A DNA stretch of 63,423 nt, the filler included, from Octopus bimaculoides (Eukaryota): NCBI RefSeq assembly GCF_001194135.2. It is 6 parts of 6 records of this genome, joined end to end, with 100 filler letters (N's around TTAATTAATTAA, not from the genome) between each part and the next. Parts side by side here need not be neighbours in the genome. Positions count along the whole stretch, not along the records: positions 34,314 to 44,241 come from NC_068995.1; positions 44,342 to 61,147 come from NC_069001.1; 4 more parts are not named here. One strand, given 5' to 3'. The notes below the pieces were generated by a model that did not search any database, was not told the origin of the DNA, and saw only the letters and a list, made by a program, of their open reading frames with translations. Shown piece by piece: positions 35,990 to 47,879 of this stretch. A program made the position numbers and the translations under genes. The stretch's first letter is position 1. Each line of letters starts with the position of its first letter.

Positions 35990-37140
35990 ACTAGCTAACC
36001 ACATTCATCACCTCAAAAGCACAAATACCCAGTAAACTTTAAAATGGTCCATCCTAGACTCCGGAATTCCATACCAGGGCCAGCGCTCTAATTGCAAGCT
36101 CTGCTTAAAGGAGGTGTTCCATATTTTAAAATACAATTCTCCCACTCTACTTAATCGATATAATGAAGCATTTAGCACCTGCAATCACCGTTTTTTCCAT
36201 ACATTTAAATTCTACCACAGACACAAATGCACAAATGACCACACAAATCCCTATAGGCAACCTATTCGACCTAGCAAAATGGTCCCCCTTATACCATCTT
36301 TAGAATAGATTTATTTCTTGTTTGATCTTATCACTACTTAATGTATTTTTTCCTTATTTACTTCCTTTACTCTTCCTTGCCAATAACACCACCACCGCCT
36401 GCAGGCTCCTTGTTGATAACCACAATCAACTATAGTAGCATCTGATCCCCCTTCTACCATCCATAAATTAGGTTTAGCTCTATTTTTAGAACATGTTTCT
36501 ACTAATTCTTTCTCTCTCTCCTTTTTTCCTTTAATACTGTTTTTAGAATGTCACCCACACCCTCACCACTTATAGCATACCTCTCTTTAACACCTCCTTG
36601 CATTCTTTCTTCTTTACTAAACCTTTACCTCTACCCCCTCTTCCTCCTTTACTCCCTATACTTATTCTCTCTGTCCAGTCAGATCAACTGACCATAAAAC
36701 CTGTCACTACCATTCCCCACCTGAATTACTTCTCTCTCTCCTTTCCCTCCTGTCTTAAGACTTGACCTATTTACCCTACACACATCTCTCACTTGATTTG
36801 GGATATCCTTTAAGCAAACCACATGCAGTATCCTCCGGACATATATCTACCTTTGCTTCAACAATTATCTCCGGAAAATACCCACAAGGATTATTTGCAT
36901 GGATACTTACTACTGGAATGAAGCTACACTCCAAGTACTGTTTTTTTCTTTCTTTTTTCAGCGTATCACACTCACTCTCACTTCCTACTATAACTCTCCG
37001 CTTATAGATATAATAATTGATTCCTCTACTATTTCTGTCTCCGATGAAGGGATGCATTGGATTTTCCCTGAAACAGCTGTAAGACTCTATCCATAAAATA
37101 TATTTCTAACTTTGCCGTTGTTCTCTTTATCCTTTTCTCT
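35990..37140 (+). mobile_element. Penelope-like element 3' part (different family, long CT-rich 3' region)
   Basis: LANHIHHLKSTNTQ*TLKWSILDSGIPYQGQRSNCKLCLKEVFHILKYNSPTLLNRYNEAFSTCNHR is a typical PLE C-terminus (C..LCL.E...LLN.R.E...C.H). Confidence 0.8.
37037..37085 (+). ncRNA. Minimal type I hammerhead ribozyme (U4C core variant)
   Basis: GTCT-CCGATGA-AGGGA-(12-nt loop)-TCCCT-GAAA-C-AGCT-GT-A-AGAC. Stem I has 4 bp, stem II has 5 bp, stem III is palindromic (ACAGCTGT), and the cleavage triplet is GUA. Confidence 0.75.
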
Positions 37141-37307
37141 ATTTATGCATACACACGCTAATACACGACTGTTTATACAATGAATGGGGCATAACTAGCC
37201 GGTATACAGCACTTACTTGGTATTACCTGTAGCTTTGGGTTTAGTTAAATCCAATACCCTTCTTAACCTTATATGTATATTATATATATATTTTGGAAAT
37301 ATGCAGT

Positions 37308-37872
37308 ACATGAGAAGACCAGACAAGGCAAGTGAGAGCATAATCTGTGATCTCTGCCAGAAGTATAGCCAGCTCACTAATCCGTATCTTTACTTCATTG
37401 GACACTAAAAACCCTGCTTGCGAAGACCTGTTGAGGCATGGGAATTTGGAATTTGAATCTGAAATCGACATCAAACCGAATCCGAAGACTGGCACGCATT
37501 CCAACCACTCCTTCATTGGACACTAAACTCTGCTTGCGAAGACCTGTCGGGGCAAGTGAAATCGAAATTGAACCATACTCGATGACTGGTCATCGCGCCA
37601 GTGGAGCACTAACAGCACTGTCGAGCATGTTCATTGCCAGAGCAGCTGTCTGGCTTCCATGCTAGTGGCCCGTAAATAGCACCATTAGAGCGGAATCGTT
37701 ACCAGCGTTGCCTTCTAGCACTTGAGCTGGTGGCACATTAGAAAATCATTCGAGCGAGGTCGTTGCCAATGCCACTGGACTGGCTCCCGTGCAGGTGGCA
37801 CGTAAAAAACACCTTTTTGAGCGTGGCCATTGCATGGAAAGCATACGTTAAACGATAATGATGATGATGATG
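37308..37872 (+). mobile_element. RTE-type LINE 3' UTR with an internal ~120-bp tandem duplication and (ATG)n tail
   Basis: Begins GAGAAGACC.GACAAG (same as the ORF end REKTRQ in the 38640 copy). CTTCATTGGACACTAAA..CTGCTTGCGAAGACCTGT occurs twice. Ends CATGGAAAGC..ACGTTAAACGATAATGATGATG. Confidence 0.75.
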
Positions 37873-37892
37873 ATATATATATATATATATAT

Positions 37893-38880
37893 CATCATCA
37901 TCATCATCGTTTAACGTCCGCTTTCCATGCTAGCATGGGTTGGACGATTTGACTGAGGACTGGTGAAACCGGATGGCAACACCAGGCTCCAATCTAATTT
38001 GGCAGAGTTTCTACAGCTGGATGCCCTTCCTAACGCCAACCAATCAGAGAGTGTAGNNNNNNNNNNNNNNNNNNNNNNNNNNNNNNNNNNNNNNNNNNNN
38101 NNNNNNNNNNNNNNNNNNNNNNNNNNNNNNNNNNNNNNNNNNNNNNNNNNNNNNNNNNNNNNNNNNNNNNNNNNNNNNNNNNNNNNNNNNNNNNNNNNNN
38201 NNNNNNNNNNNNNNNNNNNNNNNNNNNNNNNNNNNNNNNNNNNNNNNNNNNNNNNNNNNNNNNNNNNNNNNNNNNNNNNNNNNNNNNNNNNNNNNNNNNN
38301 NNNNNNNNNNNNNNNNNNNNNNNNNNNNNNNNNNNNNNNNNNNNNNNNNNNNNNNNNNNNNNNNNNNNNNNNNNNNNNNNNNNNNNNNNNNNNNNNNNNN
38401 NNNNNNNNNNNNNNNNNNNNNNNNNNNNNNNNNNNNNNNNNNNNNNNNNNNNNNNNNNNNNNNNNNNNNNNNNNNNNNNNNNNNNNNNNNNNNNNNNNNN
38501 NNNNNNNNNNNNNNNNNNNNNNNNNNNNNNNNNNNNNNNNNNNNNNNNNNNNNNNNNNNNNNNNNNNNNNNNNNNNNNNNNNNNNNNNNNNNNNNNNNNN
38601 NNNNNNNNNNNNNNNNNNNNNNNNNNNNNNNNNNNNNTTGCCGGGTCTTCTCACGCACAGCACATTTCCAAAGGTCTCGGTCAGTAGTCATCGCCTCGGT
38701 GAGGCCCAATGTACGAAGGTCTTGCCCAGCCCAGGTCTTCCTGGGCCTACCTCTTCCACGGGTTCCCTCAACTGTTAGGGTGTGGCACTTTTTCACGCAG
38801 CTATCCTCATCCATTCTCACCACATGTCCATACCAGCGCAATCGTCTCTCTTGCACACCACAACTGATGCTTCTAATGTT
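37893..38880 (-). mobile_element. RTE-type LINE 3' end spanning an N gap
   Basis: QERRLRWYGHVVRMDEDSCVKKCHTLTVEGTRGRGRPRKTW. The 3' tail at 37893-38056 is the reverse complement of the family terminus. Confidence 0.85.
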
Positions 38881-38956
38881 CAGCTATGTGTATGTATATA
38901 AGTGTGTGTGTGTGTGTGTTTGTGTGTATATATACACACACACACACTCACACATA

Positions 38957-40196
38957 CAGGGTGTGTAAGATATTTAAGGACAGATTTAAGTTTATAAAAA
39001 AAAAACATATATAATAACAGATAACTTTATTTGTCAAAAAATGCTATAAGGATAAAAATAAAACTTCTTTTTTATAATGTTATTCAAGAAAGCCACTTTC
39101 AGCTTCAACAACTGCTTCTATATGAGACCTAAATCATCTCCATGCTCAAATCAAGTGGTCCTGGTTCATTTTGGACATTACTCTGACTATGGCAGCTTTC
39201 AAAGAATCTTTAATGTTATGGGTGTGTTCATTGACTTCTCTCTCAACAACGCTCAACATGTAATAGCCCAATGGATTGAGATCTGGAGAATTAGGAGGCC
39301 TAATGTTAAGGGTTATGCATTCATGAAATTTTCAGCCATCCATTCCTGTGTTACTAGAACCATGTGTGATAGTGCAGAGTCTTACTGAAATACATACACT
39401 GTCTATACAGGGCTTAACAATTATTTCCAGGACCACAATGTAGGCAGCAGAGTTAACTCTGAGGCCTTGCGATAAGAAGTAAAGAGGCATCACATGTCCT
39501 CCATTGCTGACAACCCCTAAAACCATGACACTTGCAGGAAATTTTGTATGCATAACATATGGAACTTCAGACAGGTCTGCAAATAACCATCTGTCATTTC
39601 TTCTGTTAACTTTTTGACCTTGGTCCAAGTTTTTCTTGTTTGAGAAAAACCAAATCAAACTTTCTGCTGCAGGATTTTTCAGTTTGTTTAAAAGCCTTTC
39701 AGATCTGATGTAGTGATTTTCTTTTGCTTTTTTTGACAAACTGACCTTTCTGCATTATGTAAGACTTATATCTGATCTCTTTGAGGACAACATTTCTGAC
39801 TGTTCCTTCTGACACATGGAGAGCTTTTACAATTGACCTCATGGATTTTCTGGGATTGTAATCAATGATCTGGTGAATTTGCTGGATAAATTCAGGTGTT
39901 CTGATGATTTCAGAGCACTTAGAATGCTTTTTATGCTTTGATACTGGTGATGTTTCCATCTTCAGTCTCATGCTCCTAACAAACTTTGTCAACGAAAAAT
40001 CTGGAAACTTCTAAAAATCAAGATATTTCTAAATTGCTATGCTCAACCTTTATAACCACAATAACAGCATGCCTCTTAATTTTTTGAATAAGCGGAGGGT
40101 CTGCCATTATTATTTTCTGAAACAAAGATCATACAGAGCAAAAAATGCAGCAATGACCCAAAAAAAGGTATGTCCTCAAATACCTTATGCACCCTG
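38957..40196 (-). mobile_element. Full-span Tc1/mariner-superfamily transposon, maT (DD37D)-like, decayed
   Basis: TIRs TA|CAGGGTGTGTAAGATATTT and (reverse complement) CAGGGTGCATAAGGTATTT. Transposase FFS.KKNLDQGQKVNRRNDRW..MHTKFPASVMVLGVVSNGGHVMP..GLRVNSAAYI. Length ~1.24 kb. Confidence 0.85.
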
Positions 40197-40284
40197 TGCG
40201 TGTATATATATGTTGAGGTTGTTGATTTATTCATCTACCTTGGAAGCTCTGTATAAAATGATGGAAATCTGGATATAAAAATAC

Positions 40285-40466
40285 ATATGCCGCTGGTGCC
40301 AAACATGTGACTCCAAGCTTTTGCTGCCCTTTGAATTCGCAGATCATCATCATCATCATCATCATCATCATCGTTTTTGGAAAGCGGACGTTAAACGATG
40401 ATGATGATCTGCGAATTCAAAAGGCAGCAAAAGCTTGGAGTCACATGTTTGGCGCCAGCGGCATAT
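40285..40466. repeat. Near-perfect 182-bp palindrome (~70-bp arms, 2 mismatches)
   Basis: ATATGCCGCTGGTGCCAAACATGTGACTCCAAGCTTTTGCTGCCCTTTGAATTCGCAGATCATCATC versus its reverse complement at 40397-40466. Confidence 0.95.
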
Positions 40467-41010
40467 AAATAACATTGTCTGGTTTAAAAAAGCCACATCG
40501 GAATATTAACTTAAAAAGCTATATCAAGTGCCGTGATGGTTCTAAGGTGTAGGTACAGGAGGTAGTTAAACTCTGCATAAGGTGTAGACAACCACCATAT
40601 ATTTATGTATGTACTTACTGTCTTGTTCTCACCGTCCTGTACTTGTTACAATTTTCACCCTCCGCAAAAAATCCCAAATTTTATTTAATTTGCTTTGCGG
40701 GAAGGACTGTTTCGATGAAGTCGTGTATTGTCCTTACCTTTGAAATGCAGAGTAGATGAAACAGGGACAACTGATGAAGGGGAATATTCTTTATGTTGTA
40801 TGTCTCGTTTCTGTTTTTTTCGTTCTTCAAAAAAAATATTCGTTTTCTATGTTTTCGTTTCTCATTGTGTTTAATGTTTTTTTTATGTTCTGTACCCATA
40901 TATGCATGTATATATATGTAGGTATGTACATATATGTATGTATATATGCATATATTTATATTATTATATGATCGAATGCCACACATCCTTTTCCAAGTAA
41001 GTTTTATACA

Positions 41011-41063
<53 letters not shown>

Positions 41064-41092
41064 ACGCATGTATGTATATATATGTGTGTGTC

Positions 41093-41290
41093 ATCATCAT
41101 CATCACCATTGTTTAACGTCTGCTTTCCATGCTAGCATGGGTTGGACGATTTGACTGAAGAGTGGCAAACCAGATGGCTGCACCAGGCTCCAATCTGATC
41201 TGGCAGAGTTTCTACAGCTGGATGCCCGTCCTGATGCCAACCACTCCGAGAGTGTATGGGTGCTTTTACGTGCCACTGGCATACGCACAA
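41093..41290 (-). mobile_element. RTE-type 3' tail fragment (same family as 37893)
   Basis: GTTTAACGTCTGCTTTCCATGCTAGCATGGGTTGGACGATTTGACTGA...CTACAGCTGGATGCCC. Confidence 0.85.
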
Positions 41291-44210
41291 AATCCTATGC
41301 ATGAACCCATGTATGACACACAACTCCCTGCGTGTATACATCCGTCCACACACAATGCCAATCTACCCACCTGCCATTATTACAGCATACATAAGCAAGA
41401 CCACCCTCCTTCCCCCAAATGCTATCTCCCCCACAACTCTGACCCCACCTTCCACTCCTCTCTTCGATTATCCACAACTCCCTTCAACACTACTAAATAC
41501 ACAACCCTTCTACACCTCTCCACAGATGATTACACGTTCCAACAGTGGACAACCTAAGTAAACACCTCATCTGCACATTTTTACCTTTCATTCTCCATCT
41601 TCCAACTATAAATCTTTCCATTCTTACTTCATCATCACACACCCCACCAGCATCTACCTCCTAAAACATCCCTCCTCAAGTCAAACCACATTCCAGAACA
41701 TTATACCTACTTTCCTCCACTAAAATTAGATATACCACCCACATACATTCCAATTACAAATCCTACACACCACAAACCATCCATGACTACTATCAAACAC
41801 CCTCCTCCAACCAATCACCTTAGCCGCACTGAACATTGATGGTCAAATACAAATCCCGGTACCCAGCATTTCAAAATTCCAGACCTCCCCACTTGGGCAG
41901 TCCCCACCTCCGCAATATACAGCCTCACCATGTTCCCACCTCATACATGGGAACTCCAAATCAGCTCCCCTACACCAATCCACAGAGAGAATGCTACCCC
42001 TATTAGCACTATACACATCAACACCCTAACACCAGTCTTACCCCAAACAGATATGACTCCAAGAACAATACCGCACTACAAAAATGAGCAAGAACACCCC
42101 ACCCATGCAATCCCAATGTCCCTCCAGCCTCCTTCCCACTTTCAGGTACCGATGGGTACCTCCTGACAACTCGGATTTCGAAAATGAATCTCTGCCTTTC
42201 CGTATGAAATGATTGCACAGCTACATGAATAAAAAACAAAATCATCCATATCAACATACAATTCCCTCCATCTAAAACACGACTGAACATGCTGAATCAT
42301 GCTCAACAAGACAAATCATACACCCAATATACCTATATAACTTTTCATATCTATGCTAATTTGTACCAGTAAATTCAAAGTAAAGTATGAAGAAACAACG
42401 TTAGAAATTTTGGCAACTACTCCAATTAAAGGATGAATTCGTATTCAACCTTCAAAAAAGAAACATATATATCAACGCACACATATATATTAACGTGTGT
42501 GTGTGTGTGTGTGTGTGCGTGCGCGTTAAGTATATGACACAATCTACCAAACAAAATTCAACAAATTCAATAACACTTGACGCAAATGGAGGAGACCAGA
42601 TGCCAATACGAATGATAGCTTTGTCATTCATACAGAAAGACAACAAATTCATTTCAAGAATCCGAGCCGTCAAAAAGCACTTGTTGGTAGCCAAAAATAA
42701 GAAAAAAATTAAAAAGACATTAGGATTACACAGGCAAGGTGCTCCCACTCATCACCGCAATGTGCTACTGTTCCTGGAGTCATGTCTATCTCAAACAAGA
42801 CCAAGGGACAACGCTTGGATGCTGATACACATAACATTAATAAGGGCAACATTCCCTCCTTGGACTAGCACAAAGGAGCCAATTCAAAATTCCCATACAT
42901 GAAGCAAAAACAGAAAAAAGACCGCCCTAACAAGGAAGTCCGGAACTTTGAAATACTAGGACCAAAATTTACACTCAACTGTTAATAATCAACATGGTCA
43001 AACAATCAACTAGTAAAAAGTGTTCAAAAGCAATCACAAATGGTTTGTGGTACACAAAATTCACAATCAAAATGCTTTATGTAAATATTATGTCCAACCC
43101 TAATAGAAGAAAGCAAATGAAACACTAGCGAATGTAGCCAAACCTGCAGAAGGACACTAAGAGGCAGATACCAATAGACAGCCAATGAAATAAAAATTTT
43201 AAGAATTAAAATTAGAAAACAAAAAATAAAAACAAAAGTATGAAGATGAGGGGAAAATTACACCATCCACTGCCAACACACACAATCATCTGCGGAGCGG
43301 TACAGAAAAGTTACTCAACAATATCAAAAAGGAGCTGTGCATAATTGAGGAGAAAAGTAGAAAACAAAGTCAGAACTATGAGTAATGTAGGGGAGACAAC
43401 ATTTACGGGAAAAAAAACAGTACCATTTATACTTGCTACAAAGATGAAAAATAAAGAGATTGACATCATTTGCAGATGGACAGGTACACACAAAAAACTA
43501 TGTATAATACACACATTCATACGCAAAACCCCACACGTGTACTGGTACAACCATACATGCATACATAAACAATCCCTCTACATGAAAACAACATTCATTT
43601 ATAAATACTTCTGTATACATCCATACATAGATTTCCCGTACGACACGTAATTTTTAGCGTGTGCATATCCTTCTACATATGTTCTCGATCAATAGAATTT
43701 TTTATCATTATAGCACATGCAAGTAAATGTTATCTCCCCTACTCTACTCTGACTATATTTTTCTATTTTTCTTCTCATTTATAAACAACTCCTTTCGATA
43801 TTGCTAAATCCATACATACAAACACAGTACATAGTTACAGAACACACACACATAAAAACACACAAACACGGAGACACATGAATATGGAGAATACATACAT
43901 GCAAATGTACACACACACACAATACATGCACGCATGCATATATGTATATCCACACACACAAACCTACACACATGTACAAAAACAAACAAAAAGGAATGCA
44001 GTGTGAATACCGGGCAAAGTCAAAACTATTGAAAAGGTTGCAAAATACAACGAAAATTTTTTTTAAATAACGAAGGAAATAAGTGGAAATTTTACCGGTG
44101 AGTGTGTAAGGAACTAACAGAGAATGACTCTCCCCAGACACAACAGTATATAAGTATATACATATATATGCATATATCAATGTGTGTGTGTGTGTATATA
44201 TATATTTATA

Positions 44211-44241
<31 letters not shown>

Positions 44242-44341
44242 NNNNNNNNNNNNNNNNNNNNNNNNNNNNNNNNNNNNNNNNNNNNTTAATTAATTAANNN
44301 NNNNNNNNNNNNNNNNNNNNNNNNNNNNNNNNNNNNNNNNN
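44242..44341. other. Artificial contig spacer N44-TTAATTAATTAA-N44
   Basis: 12-mer at 44286-44297. Confidence 0.95.
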
Positions 44342-44407
<66 letters not shown>

Positions 44408-44859
44408 GCTGCACATGTTACAGAGAGATAAAATTATTTACGATACACAATCTATGATAAATGTACAATGAGCTGAGGGCCGACGTTTCTTGGTTAGACT
44501 ATTTAACTCAACGTTACATTACATAAACATTAGTCGTCCTCCTTTGATCGGCGTCTAATAAATGTCCAGCCGTTCCTAGTCTCGAATGCTCTTTTATCCT
44601 ACAAACACAAATTATTGATGCTGCCGATTTCTTTGAAAGTTTGATGGAGCTAATTTGCTATTTACTTATGCTTTGTCTAAAACTTTGTTGAAATACTAAT
44701 AAAAGTTATTTCTATGTAAATAGTGTCTGTCTTGGAAACTGTTGAAGGTGTTGTTATTGTTTTTGTTTAGCCCAAGGTCGGCTCCGAGACAGCTGACCTA
44801 AGAACAACAACAAAAAAACGGAGACTTTCACTTTAGCAATCTGTTTGGAAGCTTCGGAG

Positions 44860-45035
44860 ATCAGTGCCCTGCCTGGCTTTATGATATTTGGTTTACGATC
44901 GTAAGTTCGCGGGTTCGATCCCTAGCAGTGCATTCTATCCTTGAGCAAGACCCCTTTATTTCACGTTGTTCCAGTCCACTCAGCTGGCAAAAAAGGAGTT
45001 GTACCTGTAACTCAAAGAACCGGTCTTGTCACATT
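44860..45035 (+). mobile_element. tRNA-derived SINE family 3, 5' half
   Basis: B-box GGGTTCGATCCC followed by TCCTTGAGCAAGAC..TTTATTTCACGTTG.TCCAGTCCACTCAGCTGG. Confidence 0.7.
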
Positions 45036-45099
45036 CTCTATAATTGAATCCTTAAATTCTCTATATTTAATCCTTAAATTGAACTGAATTGGATACTTT

Positions 45100-45475
45100 A
45101 TAAATACGAAATATTGTTGGCGTTTATAAGAATGAAAAGGACATAACACAGTGAGAATAAGCTGGACAGACAGGGTAACAAAAGCTGTAGTACTAGGAAA
45201 GCTGAAAAAATCCCAAGACATCTATTGTCATGAATCAAATCCACTAAACTCTTATATATCAAGAGTAATTGTTCAAGACTGTTCTGACAGAATGAGAGGA
45301 GGGAGAGAGAGCAAGAGGCCATCAAAGACGATGTTTGTGGACTGACGACATCAAAAAATGGACGGCAAACAAAGAGCCTGACTGATTGTATGAATGCAGC
45401 ATAATACTGAGGAACTGGGAAGTCTTGGCAAACCGACCTCTGGACTCTGGGAGGATACCAGGCTGATAGCTGATG
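45100..45475 (+). mobile_element. RTE LINE 3' remnant
   Basis: RISWTDRVTKAVVL and RG....R..WTDDIKKWT. Confidence 0.7.
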
Positions 45476-45517
45476 GAGGATGAAATACGAATCAGCGATA
45501 GAAAAATGAGCACAGGT

Positions 45518-45572
45518 CCACCTTGGGAGTCGAACCACGAGTTAACCGTGTTAACCATTACACCAAAGGGGA
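45518..45572 (-). pseudogene. tRNA-like remnant lacking the anticodon arm
   Basis: Minus strand CCCCTTTGGTGTAATGGTTAACAC...GTGGTTCGACTCCCAAGGTGG has an A-box, a B-box (TPsiC loop) and a partial acceptor stem. Confidence 0.45.
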
Positions 45573-46199
45573 AACAAACATTGCTTTGGAACTCTTCGCG
45601 CACTCAAATTATCGTTCATAAGACATCTGTATGCAAGTCCCTTGTTTGTTTTTATTTAACCTTGTCTCTCACACGAGAATCCTCGAGAGTTCGTAGCATG
45701 TAACCTTCGGCTGTATAAAGACCACGACAAGTTTATTTTCTTTTTATCAGTTAATATAGTTTTTACAAAACAATTCTCCACATTTTTGTGTCTTGACAAG
45801 GCCTACAGCATACTAACATTAGTAGCTAATGATAAAGTTAAGACTTTCAATTATAAACATTTAATTAAAGTTAATTAGACAGTAAAGTAAATTAGTTATT
45901 AAAATGTATTGGTAAATTTAAATAACAATGACGAAGTTCTCTCTAATTATTTTTAAAAAACAAATTCCAAGAATTAAGTATACAATCAATTTTTGATTCA
46001 GGCGAGATGGCGCTGTGTCCCTGTTCAACTGTAACCGTGTGTTGTCATTGGTTACATGTCAATGTCATTAAGTTTGATTTGAAGTGAAGTGAGGGCAATG
46101 ATTCATTATGTAGGGTTATGAAAGAATTATTTAAACATTACGCTATTACTGGTGTGCACCGCCCCCTACGTTGTAGCAAATATATAATTTTAAATGCAA

Positions 46200-46560
46200 T
46201 TATATTTTCTTAGCAGGAAAGTTGTCTTGACGTTTGGTGACAAGTCTTCTCAAATCTCAAGAAACTTTCTTAGAATTTTCGTAGAATACAAACGGCACTG
46301 TTTCTGCAGATCAACAATGCCAGTTTTAATTCCAATATCCTTCAGTCTCTTATGTAACAATTCGAATGCAGTGCCAAGCGCACCAATTTCCATAGAAATA
46401 ATTGTCGTCTTAGTCTCTCTCTCTTTCGCGTCTCGGCTTTTTTGATGATCAAACAACGAACATACATTATAAGTCTGTGATCTTACACTGTTTGGTTCCA
46501 TTTTGTCCTCTATAATCATGTCTGGTCTTCTTTCTTCAGCCTTCATGAGGAAATCCCACA
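46200..46560 (-). mobile_element. R4/Dong RLE C-terminal fragment
   Basis: ERRPDMIIEDK...IISMEIGALGT...LQKQCRLYSTKILRKFLEI*. Confidence 0.75.
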
Positions 46561-46671
46561 GAATCCTTCCATTATTATTTTGTCACAGCCCCTAGTTAGT
46601 GTTCACCCCACTTTTTCTGCTGCTTTGAATCCAATTCAAACCACTTTTCTGATTATTATTATTATCATCAT

Positions 46672-46935
46672 TGTTTGGCTTAGGTTCTGTCTTATTCCTG
46701 GTAGGAATTATATGGATAGCGGGTTACTCCCTGTAACCTTGAGTATCCACAAGTTTTCAGCTGTCTTTCAAGTGCTTAGAACCCTCCTGATAATCCTTGC
46801 TGTTCCTAAGAGACAGACTTTCTGTAGGAGCTCTACCGGGCATTCGATGTCAATCTCCTTCAGCCATTTGTCTATATCTACGCTCACTTTTTCCAGCGCA
46901 TCAGTTATTATAGGCAGGAACCTTACTCTTCGCAT
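46672..46935 (-). mobile_element. R4/Dong 3' end (another subfamily) with a short (TAA/TGA) tail
   Basis: DKWLKEIDIECPVELLQKVCLLGTARIIRRVLST*. Confidence 0.8.
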
Positions 46936-47023
46936 GATCCAAATTCTACCTACTTCAAATTTTAAGGGATTGTATTTCTTTGTTTTTCTTCCGATCTTTG
47001 TTTTTCTTTACGATCCTGGAATT

Positions 47024-47086
<63 letters not shown>

Positions 47087-47087
<1 letters not shown>

Positions 47088-47284
47088 AGGCGGCGAGCTG
47101 GCAGAATCGTTAGCACGCTAGACGAAATGCTTAGCGGTATTTCACCCGTCGCTACATTCTGAGACCAAATTCCGCCGAGGTCGACTTTGCCTTTCATCCT
47201 TTCAGGGTCGATAAAATAAATACCAGTTGAACACTGGGGTCGATGTAATCGGCTCATTCCCACCTCCCCCAAGCTGAAATTTGA

Positions 47285-47339
<55 letters not shown>

Positions 47340-47804
47340 GTAATCATCATTATTATTATCATTATTATTATTATTAAAGGGACGAACTGGCAGAATTCTT
47401 AGCACGCTGGACGAAATGCTCAGCGGTATTTCGCCCGTCGCTACGTTTTGAGTTCAAATTCCGCCGAGGTCGACTTTGCTTTTCATCCTTTCGGAGATGG
47501 TAAATTACATACCAGTGAAATACTGGGGATCGATGTAATCGATTATCACCTTTCCCAAATTTCAAGCCTTGTGCCTCTAGTAGAAAAGATTATTATTATT
47601 ATTATTATTATTATTGAAGGTACAAGCTGGCAGAATTGTTAGCATATCGGATAATATGCTTAGCAGTATTTCGTCCGTCTTTACGTTCTAAGTGCAAATT
47701 CCGCCGAGGCCGACCTCGCCTTTCATCCTTTTGGGAGAGAATAAAATGAGTACCAGTTGTGCTCGACTGAAATTTCAGTCCTTCTAATTCTTATAGGAGA
47801 AAGG

Positions 47805-47810
<6 letters not shown>
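47087..47810 (+). mobile_element. Three head-to-tail SINE family 1 copies separated by (CAT)/(AAT)/(ATT) tracts
   Basis: Heads at 47087, 47376 and 47616, each with GGTCGACTTTGC(C/T)TTTCATCC or a close variant. Confidence 0.9.

Positions 47811-47879
<69 letters not shown>

Noticed and set aside
40765-40815. GAAAC...CTGATGA as a permuted hammerhead
   Set aside because: Only 8 nt separate the boxes, leaving no room for stem III, the NUH site and stem I. It folds better as a simple hairpin within a repeat.
44475-44575. Minus-strand GAAACGTC with upstream CCGATCA as a hammerhead
   Set aside because: The core has two or more changes, stems I and II are unconvincing, and there is no adjacent PLE ORF.
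47087-47810. Repeat-spacer periodicity resembling a CRISPR array
   Set aside because: The units are ~200-bp SINEs separated by microsatellites, the context is eukaryotic and no cas genes are present.
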